A stretch of DNA of 64,000 nucleotides from a virus. Both the position numbers and the translations under genes were made by a program. Location of the stretch: the IMG/VR virus record IMGVR_UViG_3300014834_000367, positions 1 through 64,000 of that record. One strand, 5' to 3'. Positions 48,583 through 58,252 of the stretch are shown here, piece by piece; the first letter of the stretch is position 1; the number at the start of each line of letters is the position of its first letter. Below the pieces are notes generated by a model. It had not been told where the DNA came from and searched no databases. It worked only from the letters and a program-made list of their open reading frames with translations.

Positions 48583-49344
48583 ATGAATTACAAAAAACAC
48601 TATAATCTGTTAATTGAAAGAAGCCGCAATAGAATAATTGAAGGATATGTTGAAAAACATCATATTATCCCCAGATGTCTAGGCGGCTCTGACAATATAG
48701 ACAATATCGTAGTATTGACTCCAGAAGAGCATTTTTTAGCACATCAGCTTTTACTCATAATGCACCCCAACATTCAATCTCTGGTATATGCCGCAGTTTT
48801 AATGACCACTCATCATACTAAACAGCGGGTCAATAATAAGCTGTTTGGCTGGCTTAAACGGAGAGCATCGACAGCTAGAAAGCAGTGGTATGCTGAAAAT
48901 GAACACCCTAAGGGAATGTTAGGAAAAATTCATACTGAAGAAAAGAAACAACAAATATCAGCGTCTACTAAAAAATCAAAGATAGAATCAATTGGAGTCA
49001 AAGTATACGCGTACAACTTAGATGGATCTTTTTATAAAAAATATTTAACTTTGACAGATTGCGCTTTGGATCTAAAAACAAATGCTTCTAATGTGAAATA
49101 TACAGCAGAAGGTAAATTTGGGCACTGTAAAGAAAAACAATTAAGATACGAGTTTTCAGAAAGCTTGCTTGCTTATAAAAAATCTAATCCTTTAAAAGGG
49201 AAGAAAAAGTCAGAAGAACACATTGAGAATATGAAAAAATCTTTTAAGAATCGTCCTAAAAGAACACCTGAACAAAATGCTGCGCACAGCGCAAAAATGA
49301 AAGAATATCACGCAAGGATAAAAAATGTCAAAACAACAGTATGA
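48583..49344 (+). CDS. HNH homing endonuclease (MobE-like) between nrdA and nrdB
   Basis: MNYKKHY, EKHHIIPRCLGGSD...LTPEEHFLAHQLL, NUMOD repeats. Confidence 0.85.
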   Translation: MNYKKHYNLLIERSRNRIIEGYVEKHHIIPRCLGGSDNIDNIVVLTPEEHFLAHQLLLIMHPNIQSLVYAAVLMTTHHTKQRVNNKLFGWLKRRASTARKQWYAENEHPKGMLGKIHTEEKKQQISASTKKSKIESIGVKVYAYNLDGSFYKKYLTLTDCALDLKTNASNVKYTAEGKFGHCKEKQLRYEFSESLLAYKKSNPLKGKKKSEEHIENMKKSFKNRPKRTPEQNAAHSAKMKEYHARIKNVKTTV

Positions 49345-50422
49345 TTTAACCGCGCCAACAAATTACTTAACTCGCAAAATGTTTTTGGATCCGGCGGGTC
49401 CAGTTACTATTCAACGTTTTGAAGAATTTCGTTACCCTCGTATTGCCAAATTTGAAACAACTGCTCGTGGTTTCTTTTGGGTTCCGGAAGAAGTATCATT
49501 AACCAAAGATGCGGCTGATTTCAAAGATGCATCTGAAGCTATTAAACATATTTTTACGAGCAATCTTCTTCGTCAAACGGCGTTAGATAGTCTTCAAGGC
49601 CGTGGCCCAACACAAGTATTCACCCCAGTTGTTTCACTGCCTGAGCTAGAAGCGCTGATGTTTAATTGGGGCTTTTTTGAATCAAACATTCATAGCCGCT
49701 CATACAGCCATATTATCCGTAACATTTATAATGTTCCTAAGGATGTTTTTAATTCAATCCATGATACTAAAGAAATCATTTCAATGGCCGCAAACGTAGG
49801 CCGATATTATGATCGATTACATCATTTGAATTGTCTATCTGAAATTGATAAATCTAGCGTTAACGAACAGGATGTTATCGAAGCAATTTGGTTAGCGCTA
49901 AACGCTTCATATGCTTTAGAGGCTCTTCGCTTCATGGTTTCATTTGCGACCAGTTTAGCTATGGTCGAAAATAAAATTTTTATTGGCAATGGAAATATCA
50001 TCAGTCTGATTTTACAAGATGAACTGTTGCATAAAGAATGGACCGCATACATTATAAATCAAGTTGTTAAAGAAGACGAAAGATTTGCAGCAGCAAAAGT
50101 TAAATGCGCCGATGAAGTTATGAAGATGTACCAAGAGGTTATTGCTGAAGAAAAAGCTTGGGCCGATTATCTTTTCAAGAAAGGTCCTGTGATTGGCCTG
50201 AACGCCGCTATTCTTAAGGAGTTCGTTGATTTTACTGCCGTAAATGCTTTGCGTGAAATTGGTCTAAAATATCATGGACCTAAAGCGACACCAATTCCTT
50301 GGTTCAACAAGCACGCAGATACAAGCAAGAAGCAGACTGCGCTCCAAGAAAATGAAAGTGTGAATTACGTTATTGGTGTCATGTCTGATAGTATAGATTA
50401 TAATCAACTTCCAGACATCTGA
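49325..50422 (+). CDS. nrdB: Ribonucleotide reductase class Ia beta
   Basis: FFWVPEEV, LDSLQGR, ESNIHSRSY, LEALRF, DELLH, ALQENE. Confidence 0.95.
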   Translation: MSKQQYDLTAPTNYLTRKMFLDPAGPVTIQRFEEFRYPRIAKFETTARGFFWVPEEVSLTKDAADFKDASEAIKHIFTSNLLRQTALDSLQGRGPTQVFTPVVSLPELEALMFNWGFFESNIHSRSYSHIIRNIYNVPKDVFNSIHDTKEIISMAANVGRYYDRLHHLNCLSEIDKSSVNEQDVIEAIWLALNASYALEALRFMVSFATSLAMVENKIFIGNGNIISLILQDELLHKEWTAYIINQVVKEDERFAAAKVKCADEVMKMYQEVIAEEKAWADYLFKKGPVIGLNAAILKEFVDFTAVNALREIGLKYHGPKATPIPWFNKHADTSKKQTALQENESVNYVIGVMSDSIDYNQLPDI

Positions 50423-50449
50423 TTTTTACGCAACTGTTGTTAAGGAGCG

Positions 50450-51355
50450 ATGATGAATGTTATGTTGCGGTGCCTTTATGGTTCAAGGCTGTACGGAACA
50501 CATACCACAAACAGCGACTATGATTATCGAATCGCAACTCTGCCAGATATTTCAGATCTGCTTTTATGTCGTGAGGTGGGTATTGTCCAGGCCGAGCGTG
50601 ATATCCAGCATGTTCCAGTTCAGGTTTTTATCTCAGCATATGAAACAGGGCAGGCATATGCGATTGAACTCGCATGGCACGTGGCTGAAAATTATTTCGA
50701 CTCAGAACTCATCTTAGATTGCCATCCAGAATTTTATGCTCTGTGTTCTGAGTTAACTCAAGCGGGCCGGCCACCAATTTCAAAAATGGTATCTTACGCC
50801 AAGGCTATGGCGCATCGTTATGTTGGCGCCAACCGGAGGTTAAATCAACTCTCACAATTAAGAGATCGGCTTTTCTCATATAATGAAAAGAGCAGTATTC
50901 AACACGCCTTAGACGCAGGACTAGATTTATCTGGGCTAGATGAAATTATCGAGTATAAGGAAGGAGCTCAGTTTATTAAACTGCTATATGGCAACTGTCA
51001 TCGCACACACCTGCTCACTGTTAAACTTTCGCAGTTAATAAATGCCGTCGGAAGTGCAATAGGTCGTTTTAATGGGTCGCGAGTTACTGGACAGGGTGAA
51101 GATTGGAAATCAATCCACCACGCACTTAGAGTTACTTATCAAGCAATTGAATTATTGAAAACAAGCAAACTACAAATTCCTCTGCGCGAGGATATCGCAA
51201 AATGGCTTTTAGACGTTAAGCTTGGGAAAATTCCTTACGAGCAATGTGAAGTTTCTTTAGAAGAAATGGTTTCACAAATTGCTGATGTTAAGGATGTTAA
51301 TTTGGATTGTTCTGAAATTTCGCTCAGCTGGCTTAAGCGAATGTATGGAATTTAA
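50450..51355 (+). CDS. Pol-beta-superfamily nucleotidyltransferase
   Basis: YGSRLYGT...SDYDYR, DWKSIHHALR, LLDVKLG. Confidence 0.8.
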   Translation: MMNVMLRCLYGSRLYGTHTTNSDYDYRIATLPDISDLLLCREVGIVQAERDIQHVPVQVFISAYETGQAYAIELAWHVAENYFDSELILDCHPEFYALCSELTQAGRPPISKMVSYAKAMAHRYVGANRRLNQLSQLRDRLFSYNEKSSIQHALDAGLDLSGLDEIIEYKEGAQFIKLLYGNCHRTHLLTVKLSQLINAVGSAIGRFNGSRVTGQGEDWKSIHHALRVTYQAIELLKTSKLQIPLREDIAKWLLDVKLGKIPYEQCEVSLEEMVSQIADVKDVNLDCSEISLSWLKRMYGI

Positions 51356-51783
51356 TCCTGTTTTGTTTTTAATCTTATTTCTATAGTATCAGGAATTTGT
51401 ACCACCCGACGCCGTTTTACGCGTTTCATCATGAGTTTATACATGAAGGGATATCCGATAATCCGTGAAACACAGTTCAAATCAAATGACTTGATCATTG
51501 GTGCTACGGCTGGCGTTAAGCCATGTTTGGCAAATTCTATTGATAAGGGGTGGTTTTTTGAATCAGAATAATACCAGCGATTTGCGACACTTAAGAATTG
51601 TTGAAGTGTGATTCCTTCCTGTTCTGCTATATCAAGCACAAATGCGATTACTTCATCTTCAGTAATATTATCAATAACAGTTAAGTAATTTTCCCTTTTA
51701 TACTCGATAACAGTGAGATATAATAGATTTGATGGTTGTTGAATTATCTCAAATTGAAGGTCTGGTATTTTTTTCTTAGGCAT
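51352..51783 (-). CDS. Hypothetical protein
   Basis: 143 aa, minus-strand TAAATA at 51812-51817; basic tail. Confidence 0.7.
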   Translation of the reverse strand: MPKKKIPDLQFEIIQQPSNLLYLTVIEYKRENYLTVIDNITEDEVIAFVLDIAEQEGITLQQFLSVANRWYYSDSKNHPLSIEFAKHGLTPAVAPMIKSFDLNCVSRIIGYPFMYKLMMKRVKRRRVVQIPDTIEIRLKTKQD

Positions 51784-51923
51784 GATATTCTTAATATGAT
51801 ATTAGGTTGAATATTTATTTTTATAATTTAGCTATTTTATATGCACTAAAATTAAGTAAATTGGAAAAAATTCCTACTGATTTTCTAATAAATATGTATA
51901 GTACAGCAACATAAGGAACTGAA

Positions 51924-52097
51924 GTGAAGGTTCTACATTTGAATGATTATAGCATCAACCGTAAAAGGACAGAAAAACACAAAGTTGAGGTTAAACTGTC
52001 GGAGATGTTATCGTCTGAAAAACCGCCAATAGCTTCAGTAAAACGCTGTTTATCGCTATTATCTGCATTAAATTCGGATATTAACCGTCAAGAATAA
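51924..52097 (+). CDS. 57-aa hypothetical protein (not in the ORF track)
   Basis: TAAGGA RBS, GTG start, open to TAA 52095. Confidence 0.5.
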   Translation: MKVLHLNDYSINRKRTEKHKVEVKLSEMLSSEKPPIASVKRCLSLLSALNSDINRQE

Positions 52098-52134
52098 ATT
52101 CAACAAATCAAATCAAAACAAAGTGGAGACAAAT

Positions 52135-52320
52135 ATGGATGACTTATCATTGGATGATCAAATTGATCTTCTCTTAAAAAAATTTGGTGTTTCTGAGGAA
52201 TGCGTTATTGAGGAAAGCGCTAAGCCTATGCTGCTCACCGCGCTGCAATCAGAAAACATTAAATCCGTATCATATAGCAAAGAAGCTGGTTTAATGATTG
52301 AATTTGAAATTGATGTTTAA
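52135..52320 (+). CDS. Small acidic hypothetical protein
   Basis: GGAG RBS before ATG 52135. Confidence 0.55.
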   Translation: MDDLSLDDQIDLLLKKFGVSEECVIEESAKPMLLTALQSENIKSVSYSKEAGLMIEFEIDV

Positions 52321-52342
52321 TTAACCGATCCAGGAGGATTAG

Positions 52343-52627
52343 ATGATAAACGATAATACAAAATCTCCTACACTGCATAGTTTCTATGCGGTTGTAAATG
52401 ATGATGGCAAATATTTTGCTGGTTTTAATCCAACAGAAAAAGTTGCTCAGCACGTTACTTCACCACTCGCAGCAAAATTATTCACCAATAAGTACGAAGT
52501 TAAACTGCGCCCGAACGAAAGGCTCGTAGAAATTAAGGTCGACTTTGCTGCAACAGACGCTGAAATTTCTGCGCCATTTAGGCCACGTCGTCGAGCTGTC
52601 GAAAAACCACAAAGCAAATCAGAGTAA
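52343..52627 (+). CDS. Hypothetical protein
   Basis: AGGAGG RBS. Confidence 0.65.
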   Translation: MINDNTKSPTLHSFYAVVNDDGKYFAGFNPTEKVAQHVTSPLAAKLFTNKYEVKLRPNERLVEIKVDFAATDAEISAPFRPRRRAVEKPQSKSE

Positions 52628-52630
52628 ATC

Positions 52631-53002
52631 ATGACGCAACTTAAAGGCTATGTCGCCAAGGGTTGGGGACATGAAAATATTTGGGCGACCAATGATAAGT
52701 ACTGTGGAAAAGCCATGGTGTTTGAGAAACCAGGAGCAAAATTTAGTATGCATTTTCATCAATTCAAAGATGAAACTTGGCATGTTATCAGTGGAAAATT
52801 TGTTGTACGCTGGATCGACACGAGTAATGCAGAACGCCATGAAACACCATTAGAAGTTGGAAGTACTTGGCACAACCCACCATGTTTGCCGCATCAGCTT
52901 ATTTGTATTGAGCCAGGAACAATAATTGAAGTCTCAACTCCAGACAGCGTAGAGGATAATTATCGTGTTGAACCAGGCGATAGTCAAGCCAGTAAATCGT
53001 AA
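52631..53002 (+). CDS. Cupin, sugar-isomerase-like
   Basis: KGWGHE, SMHFHQFKDETW, PHQL, EVST. Confidence 0.8.
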   Translation: MTQLKGYVAKGWGHENIWATNDKYCGKAMVFEKPGAKFSMHFHQFKDETWHVISGKFVVRWIDTSNAERHETPLEVGSTWHNPPCLPHQLICIEPGTIIEVSTPDSVEDNYRVEPGDSQASKS

Positions 53003-53558
53003 GCCGCTGCTTATTGGCTTGGATCGCGACGGCACGATTAATCGTGATTTGGGGACGTACTGTTACAAAGAGCAAGACTTTGAAATTCTTCCGGGCGTTA
53101 TTGAAGCTATTAAAAGACTAAAACGCGCAGGACATGTTATAGCAGTTATAACAAATCAAGGAGGCATAGAAAAAGGCCTTTATACAGAAGTTGAAGTTAA
53201 AAAACTGCATGGCATTTTACAGCGTGAATTATTGATTTCTGGCAGCGCTCCAGTAGATGCATTATTTTACTCACCATCAAGCAAACCGGATTTTGTTTTA
53301 GCTAAACCAAATCCAACCATGTTACAGCAGGCCGAGTTATTATTAGGTCTTAGATTTTCAAATGGCGGGTTCTATATTGGAGATGCTAGCAGAGACTTAA
53401 TAGCAGCTGAGCGCGCAAATGCTACTGCGGTTCTAGTTAAAACGGGAAAAGGCCAAGAAACATTCGCCGGCCTCAATGGTCTTAGATTAGCAACTTATCC
53501 AAAAATATTTGAAACGTTATTAGACTTTGCTAAATGGCTAGTTCCGGAGGAGAAATGA
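52965..53558 (+). CDS. gmhB: Heptose-1,7-bisphosphate phosphatase-like HAD
   Basis: LDRDGTIN, ITNQGGI, KPNPTML, IGD...DL, LVKTGKG. Confidence 0.8.
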   Translation: MLNQAIVKPVNRKPLLIGLDRDGTINRDLGTYCYKEQDFEILPGVIEAIKRLKRAGHVIAVITNQGGIEKGLYTEVEVKKLHGILQRELLISGSAPVDALFYSPSSKPDFVLAKPNPTMLQQAELLLGLRFSNGGFYIGDASRDLIAAERANATAVLVKTGKGQETFAGLNGLRLATYPKIFETLLDFAKWLVPEEK

Positions 53559-53977
53559 ACGTTGTAGTAAATGGAACTTTTGATGTGTTACACGTCGGGC
53601 ATTTAAGATTATTATCTTATGCCAAGCATTTAGGACTAAAAGAAAATCCTGAAGCAAAATTGACCGTGTTGATTGATAGCGACGAAAGAGTAAAACAACT
53701 TAAAGGTAATAATAGACCAATAAATTCTCTTTCAGAGCGCCTTGAAATGCTTATAAATTTGCGTGTCGTAGATGCAGTAGATCAATTTGATTCAGATGAA
53801 CAGTTATCAGCTTTAATAAAAGGACTGGCGCCAGACATCATGGTGAAAGGTTCAGATTATATTGGAAAACCAATTATTGGCGCTGAATTTTGCAAAAGGA
53901 TAGAATTTTATGACAGAACTCCACACTCCTCAACTCAAAAAATCGAAGATATTGCTTCTCGGGGAAAGTTGCGTTGA
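53555..53977 (+). CDS. Heptose-1-phosphate adenylyltransferase-like (HldE domain II)
   Basis: NGTFDVLHVGH, LKGNNRPIN, VKGSDY, SSTQ. Confidence 0.85.
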   Translation: MNVVVNGTFDVLHVGHLRLLSYAKHLGLKENPEAKLTVLIDSDERVKQLKGNNRPINSLSERLEMLINLRVVDAVDQFDSDEQLSALIKGLAPDIMVKGSDYIGKPIIGAEFCKRIEFYDRTPHSSTQKIEDIASRGKLR

Positions 53978-54716
53978 CGAATATTTTTATGGCGTCTGTG
54001 AAAGATTAAGTCCAGAGGCACCAGTTCCGGTTTTACGAGTAACTCGCAATTTTTCACTTGATGGCATGGCCGCAAATGTTTTAAAAAATCTTCAAACACT
54101 AGGCCAAGACGTAGAATTTTTTACAGCTTCTGCTGGTCGTAAAACTAGATATCTGGATGAAAGAAGCGGCCAGCACATAGTTAGAGTTGATGATGATGTT
54201 AATTTGACACCATTAGATGGTAAACTTGTTTTTGATAGAATAGCCGATCAATCCTCAAAGATAGACGCTATTGTTATTTCTGATTACAATAAAGGCTATA
54301 TTGCGTATGAATTGGTCGAAGAACTAAGAAAACGATTCGCTGGGCCAATTTTCATCGATACCAAGAAAACAGACCTCAAAAGATTTGAAGGCTGTTATGT
54401 TAAAATCAATGAAGTAGAACGTAAAGCAGCAAGTTCTGTACCGGATTCTGGTCTCATTACGACTTTAGGAGGAGCAGGCTGTGTTTTTGATGGAGTAACA
54501 TTTAAAGGTAGAACAGTCGAAGTTGTTGATATTTGCGGTGCCGGCGACACGTTTTTTTCAGCTCTAGTAGCTAATTTTCTTAATAATACTTATGCAAACT
54601 CAATTCATGCCGCAATAGAATTTGCAAATGTCGCAGCAGCAATTTCTGTTAAACATCAGGGCGTATACGCGCCGTCATATGATGAAATAGAAGAACTTCT
54701 TGGGCAGGGGAAGTAA
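53910..54716 (+). CDS. Heptose-7-phosphate kinase-like PfkB (HldE domain I)
   Basis: RLSPEAPVPV, ISDYNKG, DICGAGDTF. Confidence 0.85.
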   Translation: MTELHTPQLKKSKILLLGESCVDEYFYGVCERLSPEAPVPVLRVTRNFSLDGMAANVLKNLQTLGQDVEFFTASAGRKTRYLDERSGQHIVRVDDDVNLTPLDGKLVFDRIADQSSKIDAIVISDYNKGYIAYELVEELRKRFAGPIFIDTKKTDLKRFEGCYVKINEVERKAASSVPDSGLITTLGGAGCVFDGVTFKGRTVEVVDICGAGDTFFSALVANFLNNTYANSIHAAIEFANVAAAISVKHQGVYAPSYDEIEELLGQGK

Positions 54717-54792
54717 ATTACTTGACTTTTGTTTATCTTTCTAATATTGATGATATAATTGTTCCTACATATTTTTGACGAGGAATTCTAAG

Positions 54793-55293
54793 TTGAAACG
54801 TGCACTTAATTTGAACACTGCGATATCTAGTAATATATCTAACGCCCATGATGGAATTTTTGGAGACACATCCCGTATAACCGGCGATGTATCACGCATA
54901 ACTGGAGACACATCCCGTATAACCGGCGATGTATCACGCATAACTGGTGATGTAACCCGCATCTTCGGCGATGTATCTGGCATTTCGGGTGACGTGTCTG
55001 ACATCTTTGGCTATGTATCTGGCGTCTCAGGCGACGTATCCTATCTCGCGGGCGATGTATCTGGCATTTCGGGTGACGTGACCCGTATCTCAGGTTATGC
55101 TTGTGGAATCTATGGAGATGTCTCTAATATCTACGGAGATGTATGTTGCATCTTTGGAGATGTATCTGGTCTCTCTGGCGATGTAACTGGCGTGTCTGGC
55201 AATGCAAGCGGAATTGTTGGCAACATTGACGATTGCGAAATATCTGATGAAGACAGGAAAAAAGGAATTGACATCAGAAAGCTGCGCGCATAA
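54793..55293 (+). CDS. Heptad (GDVSxIx) repeat beta-solenoid protein 1
   Basis: GAGGA RBS before TTG 54793; about 18 heptads; C-cap DDCEISDEDRK. Confidence 0.8.
   Translation: MKRALNLNTAISSNISNAHDGIFGDTSRITGDVSRITGDTSRITGDVSRITGDVTRIFGDVSGISGDVSDIFGYVSGVSGDVSYLAGDVSGISGDVTRISGYACGIYGDVSNIYGDVCCIFGDVSGLSGDVTGVSGNASGIVGNIDDCEISDEDRKKGIDIRKLRA
54861..54947 (+). repeat. 42-bp perfect tandem duplication
   Basis: TGGAGACACATCCCG...ATAAC at 54861 and 54903. Confidence 0.9.
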
Positions 55294-55297
55294 AGTT

Positions 55298-55326
55298 GTT
55301 TACATTTCTCATATGTATGGTATAAT
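55298..55326 (+). promoter_or_regulatory. Early promoter
   Basis: GTTTACA -N16 with TG- TATAAT. Confidence 0.7.
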
Positions 55327-55370
55327 ATGTCTATTGACTAATTAACCTGCAACCTGCTTGGGGATCTTAA

Positions 55371-56096
55371 ATGAAACGTCGCTTAACTAAAATTAGCTCA
55401 AATCAGATTATTGGCATGCATGATGGCATCCATGGTGATGTCTCTAACATCTCTGGTGATGTCTCCAACATCTCTGGTGATGTCTCTAATATTCGAGGCG
55501 ATGTCTACGGCATCCACGGCGATGTCTCCGGCATTCGCGGAGATGTCTCCAAAATTCGTGGCTATGCCTCCGCCATCTCTGGTGATGTCTCTAATATTCG
55601 AGGCGATGTCTACGGCATCCACGGCGATGTCTCCGGCATTCGCGGAGATGTCTCCAAAATTCGTGGCTATGCCTCCGCCATCTCTGGTGATGTCTCTAAT
55701 ATTCGAGGCGATGTCTACGGCATCCACGGCGATGTCTCCGGCATTCGCGGAGATGTCTCCAAAATTCGTGGCTATGCCTCCGCCATCTCTGGCAATGTTT
55801 CAGGCATGTATGGGAATGTTTCCAACATCTCCGGTAATGTCTCCAACATCTCTGGCTATGTCACCGATATGCGTGGCCATGTCTCCAATATACACGGTGA
55901 TGTCTCCGATATCTGTGGCGATGTCTCCAATATCCGCGGCGATGTCTCAAACATCTCTGGCGATGTCTCTAATATCCGTGGAGATGTCTCTAATATCTGT
56001 GGAGATGCAACCGGAATTACTGGCAACATGGATGATTGCGAAATATCTGATGAAGACAGGAAAAATAGAATTAATATTAACGAACTAATTGCATAA
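55371..56096 (+). CDS. Heptad (GDVSxIx) repeat beta-solenoid protein 2
   Basis: About 29 heptads; same N- and C-caps as protein 1. Confidence 0.85.
   Translation: MKRRLTKISSNQIIGMHDGIHGDVSNISGDVSNISGDVSNIRGDVYGIHGDVSGIRGDVSKIRGYASAISGDVSNIRGDVYGIHGDVSGIRGDVSKIRGYASAISGDVSNIRGDVYGIHGDVSGIRGDVSKIRGYASAISGNVSGMYGNVSNISGNVSNISGYVTDMRGHVSNIHGDVSDICGDVSNIRGDVSNISGDVSNIRGDVSNICGDATGITGNMDDCEISDEDRKNRININELIA
55469..55792 (+). repeat. 105-bp perfect tandem repeat x3
   Basis: Units start at 55469, 55574 and 55679; each is five heptads. Confidence 0.95.
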
Positions 56097-56100
56097 AGTT

Positions 56101-56130
56101 GTTTACAATTCATACACTCCGTAATACAAT
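56101..56130 (+). promoter_or_regulatory. Early promoter
   Basis: GTTTACA -N17- TACAAT. Confidence 0.7.
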
Positions 56131-56156
56131 CATCCTATAAATTTTAGGAGCCAAAC

Positions 56157-56513
56157 ATGCGTTGGAGTTTATTTCTAGATGATATTAGACATCCAAAAAC
56201 GCGAAGCCCATATGGCGGATGGGTGGTTGCTAGAAGCTTCGATGAAGCAATTGTCGCTATAGTTACATTAGGCGCCCCGTCTTTCATATCATTCGATCAT
56301 GACCTTGGCGAAGATGTTCCAACTGGAATGGATCTAGCAAAATGGTTGGTTGAAAATGATATGGATAGGACAATCAATCTTCACAATGATTTTTCATTTG
56401 CAGTACATTCAGCAAATCCTGTTGGTGCGGCTAATATAGAAGGTCTGCTTAAACAGTACTTACGAGTTAAACACGTAAACACCATCCATGGAACACCACA
56501 CAAAAAGCCATGA
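56157..56513 (+). CDS. Cyclic-phosphate-processing receiver domain protein
   Basis: LFLDDIR, ISFDHDLG, TGMDLAKWL, VHSANPVG. Confidence 0.8.
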   Translation: MRWSLFLDDIRHPKTRSPYGGWVVARSFDEAIVAIVTLGAPSFISFDHDLGEDVPTGMDLAKWLVENDMDRTINLHNDFSFAVHSANPVGAANIEGLLKQYLRVKHVNTIHGTPHKKP

Positions 56514-56905
56514 CAATAATTTATACCGATACGCGAAAAAAATTAACAAAAAAGCAACAGGCGAAAGCCAAACAAGCTTTTGATAAATATCAACTTGAGT
56601 TTTGCAAAAAGGTTGGTTTAAATGTTGAACAGCTCAAAACAAAACAAAAATTTAAACCAATTGACACGTACTCCTTATCATATCGTGGTCAACACGATAA
56701 AAAGGTATCTATAGATTCTGGAATTGGAATTGCTGCGAAAAGATCCATCATGGATCCAATGGTGTTACAGCGTGAGAAACCAGAAATTGTTGAAGCTATT
56801 AAACAGAAGGCAATGCGCACCGCGCCCCTCTTTAATAAAGGTGGATTGCAGTACATCTCTGATGGTGAAGATTTAACCTCAATTGGAAAAAAGGTGGTAA
56901 GATAA
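56510..56905 (+). CDS. Basic hypothetical protein of T4-like phages
   Basis: APLFNKGGLQYI motif. Confidence 0.65.
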   Translation: MTIIYTDTRKKLTKKQQAKAKQAFDKYQLEFCKKVGLNVEQLKTKQKFKPIDTYSLSYRGQHDKKVSIDSGIGIAAKRSIMDPMVLQREKPEIVEAIKQKAMRTAPLFNKGGLQYISDGEDLTSIGKKVVR

Positions 56906-57747
56906 TGGCTAAATTTTTAATGGCGTGGAATCGCGAATTCCAGGTACAAAGTGAAATCAATCCTTGGATGGTCGGCAATAAACAACAAGTTAATCCGATT
57001 GTTGCAGCTACACAATGGGAACAACTTGTTTCAACGCTTTATGATTGCGGCGCACAGATTTCTTTTATGAATTTTGCAGATAAAAGTATTCCAGATATCG
57101 TGTTCACCGCAAATGCCGCTGTTGTCGTCAACAAAAAAGTTTTAATTGCAAACTTTAGACATCCCGAACGGAAGAGGGAACAAGGGTATAATTTTAATCA
57201 TTTTTCAAATGGCATGTTGCTCGAATATAAAGCAATCACGGTGCCTCAAAAACACATTAGTTTTGAAGGCGCTGGCGACGCGCTATTAGACAATAAAGGT
57301 CGACTTTTCATGGGCTTTGGCTTTAGGTCAACACTTGGCGCAAAGCAAGAACTTGAACTCGCCTTCCCTGAAGTTTTAGTTAGGCCACTCCAGCTTGTTG
57401 ATCCACGCTTCTACCATTTAGATACTTGCTTCTGCCCTCTTGAAGGAGCCAATGGAGAGACAGCAGTCATGTACTATCCTGGCGCTTTTGATGAATATGG
57501 CAATTATGTAATTCACAATTGCTTCGATAACATCATCGAGTTAACCGAAGATGAAGCAACGGTTTTCACTTGCAACGCAGTTCAGGTAAAACAGAATATT
57601 GTGTTAAGCGAATGTTCTCAACGGGTTGAAAATGAACTTGCCAAATTTGGCCTTAAAGTACGACGTACGCCTTTAAGTGAATTCATGAAGTCTGGCGGTC
57701 AAGCGAAATGTTTAACGCTGAGAATTGATCAGATGTTCTCAGAGTAA
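56905..57747 (+). CDS. Amidinotransferase / dimethylarginase-family enzyme
   Basis: INPWM, PDIVFTAN, FEGAGD, FYHLDTCF, KSGGQAKCLT. Confidence 0.88.
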   Translation: MAKFLMAWNREFQVQSEINPWMVGNKQQVNPIVAATQWEQLVSTLYDCGAQISFMNFADKSIPDIVFTANAAVVVNKKVLIANFRHPERKREQGYNFNHFSNGMLLEYKAITVPQKHISFEGAGDALLDNKGRLFMGFGFRSTLGAKQELELAFPEVLVRPLQLVDPRFYHLDTCFCPLEGANGETAVMYYPGAFDEYGNYVIHNCFDNIIELTEDEATVFTCNAVQVKQNIVLSECSQRVENELAKFGLKVRRTPLSEFMKSGGQAKCLTLRIDQMFSE

Positions 57748-57825
57748 ATAGGAACGCAGCTCCACTATGGTTTGAGGCCTGGTCATAGCCAGCGTAGCGA
57801 ATATGGCGACACAAGTTAGGGAGCT

Positions 57826-57854
57826 TTTACTTTTCTCCATAAAAATGTTATAAT
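57826..57854 (+). promoter_or_regulatory. Early promoter
   Basis: TTTACT -N17 with TG- TATAAT. Confidence 0.65.
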
Positions 57855-57883
57855 CTTTTTATGGATCCTATTAGGAGATATTA

Positions 57884-58252
57884 ATGAAGATGAAAGGAAT
57901 TTCAGAAGCACGTGCAGTTGAATATTCATTCACTGTTAAAGAGTGGGATGGCAATGAACCAGATGACGACACATATCTCGAACCATTTGATGTTGAAGTC
58001 ACATATGAGGTAGAAGACCTAACCACAGCTCATCCATATGGCGAAGGTTCTGCTGTTGAAAGAATTTATGATCTTGGCGTAATTAGTATGGAAACGGTAG
58101 ACCCAGTGAGTTTGTTTGATGCTGACACTGAAGAAGTCATTGAAGTTTTCCCGGCAGGCACAGATGTTCGTAAAATTCCTGGCTGGACGGATGACCATGA
58201 GGAATGGTTCTATGACGCCGCTGTAGAACATTACGAAAAACATGGACGATAA
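57884..58252 (+). CDS. Highly acidic hypothetical protein
   Basis: AGGAG RBS, D/E-rich. Confidence 0.7.
   Translation: MKMKGISEARAVEYSFTVKEWDGNEPDDDTYLEPFDVEVTYEVEDLTTAHPYGEGSAVERIYDLGVISMETVDPVSLFDADTEEVIEVFPAGTDVRKIPGWTDDHEEWFYDAAVEHYEKHGR

Noticed and set aside
55398-56113. Long alternative-frame and antisense ORFs in the heptad genes
   Set aside because: A by-product of stop-free 21-nt periodic repeats.
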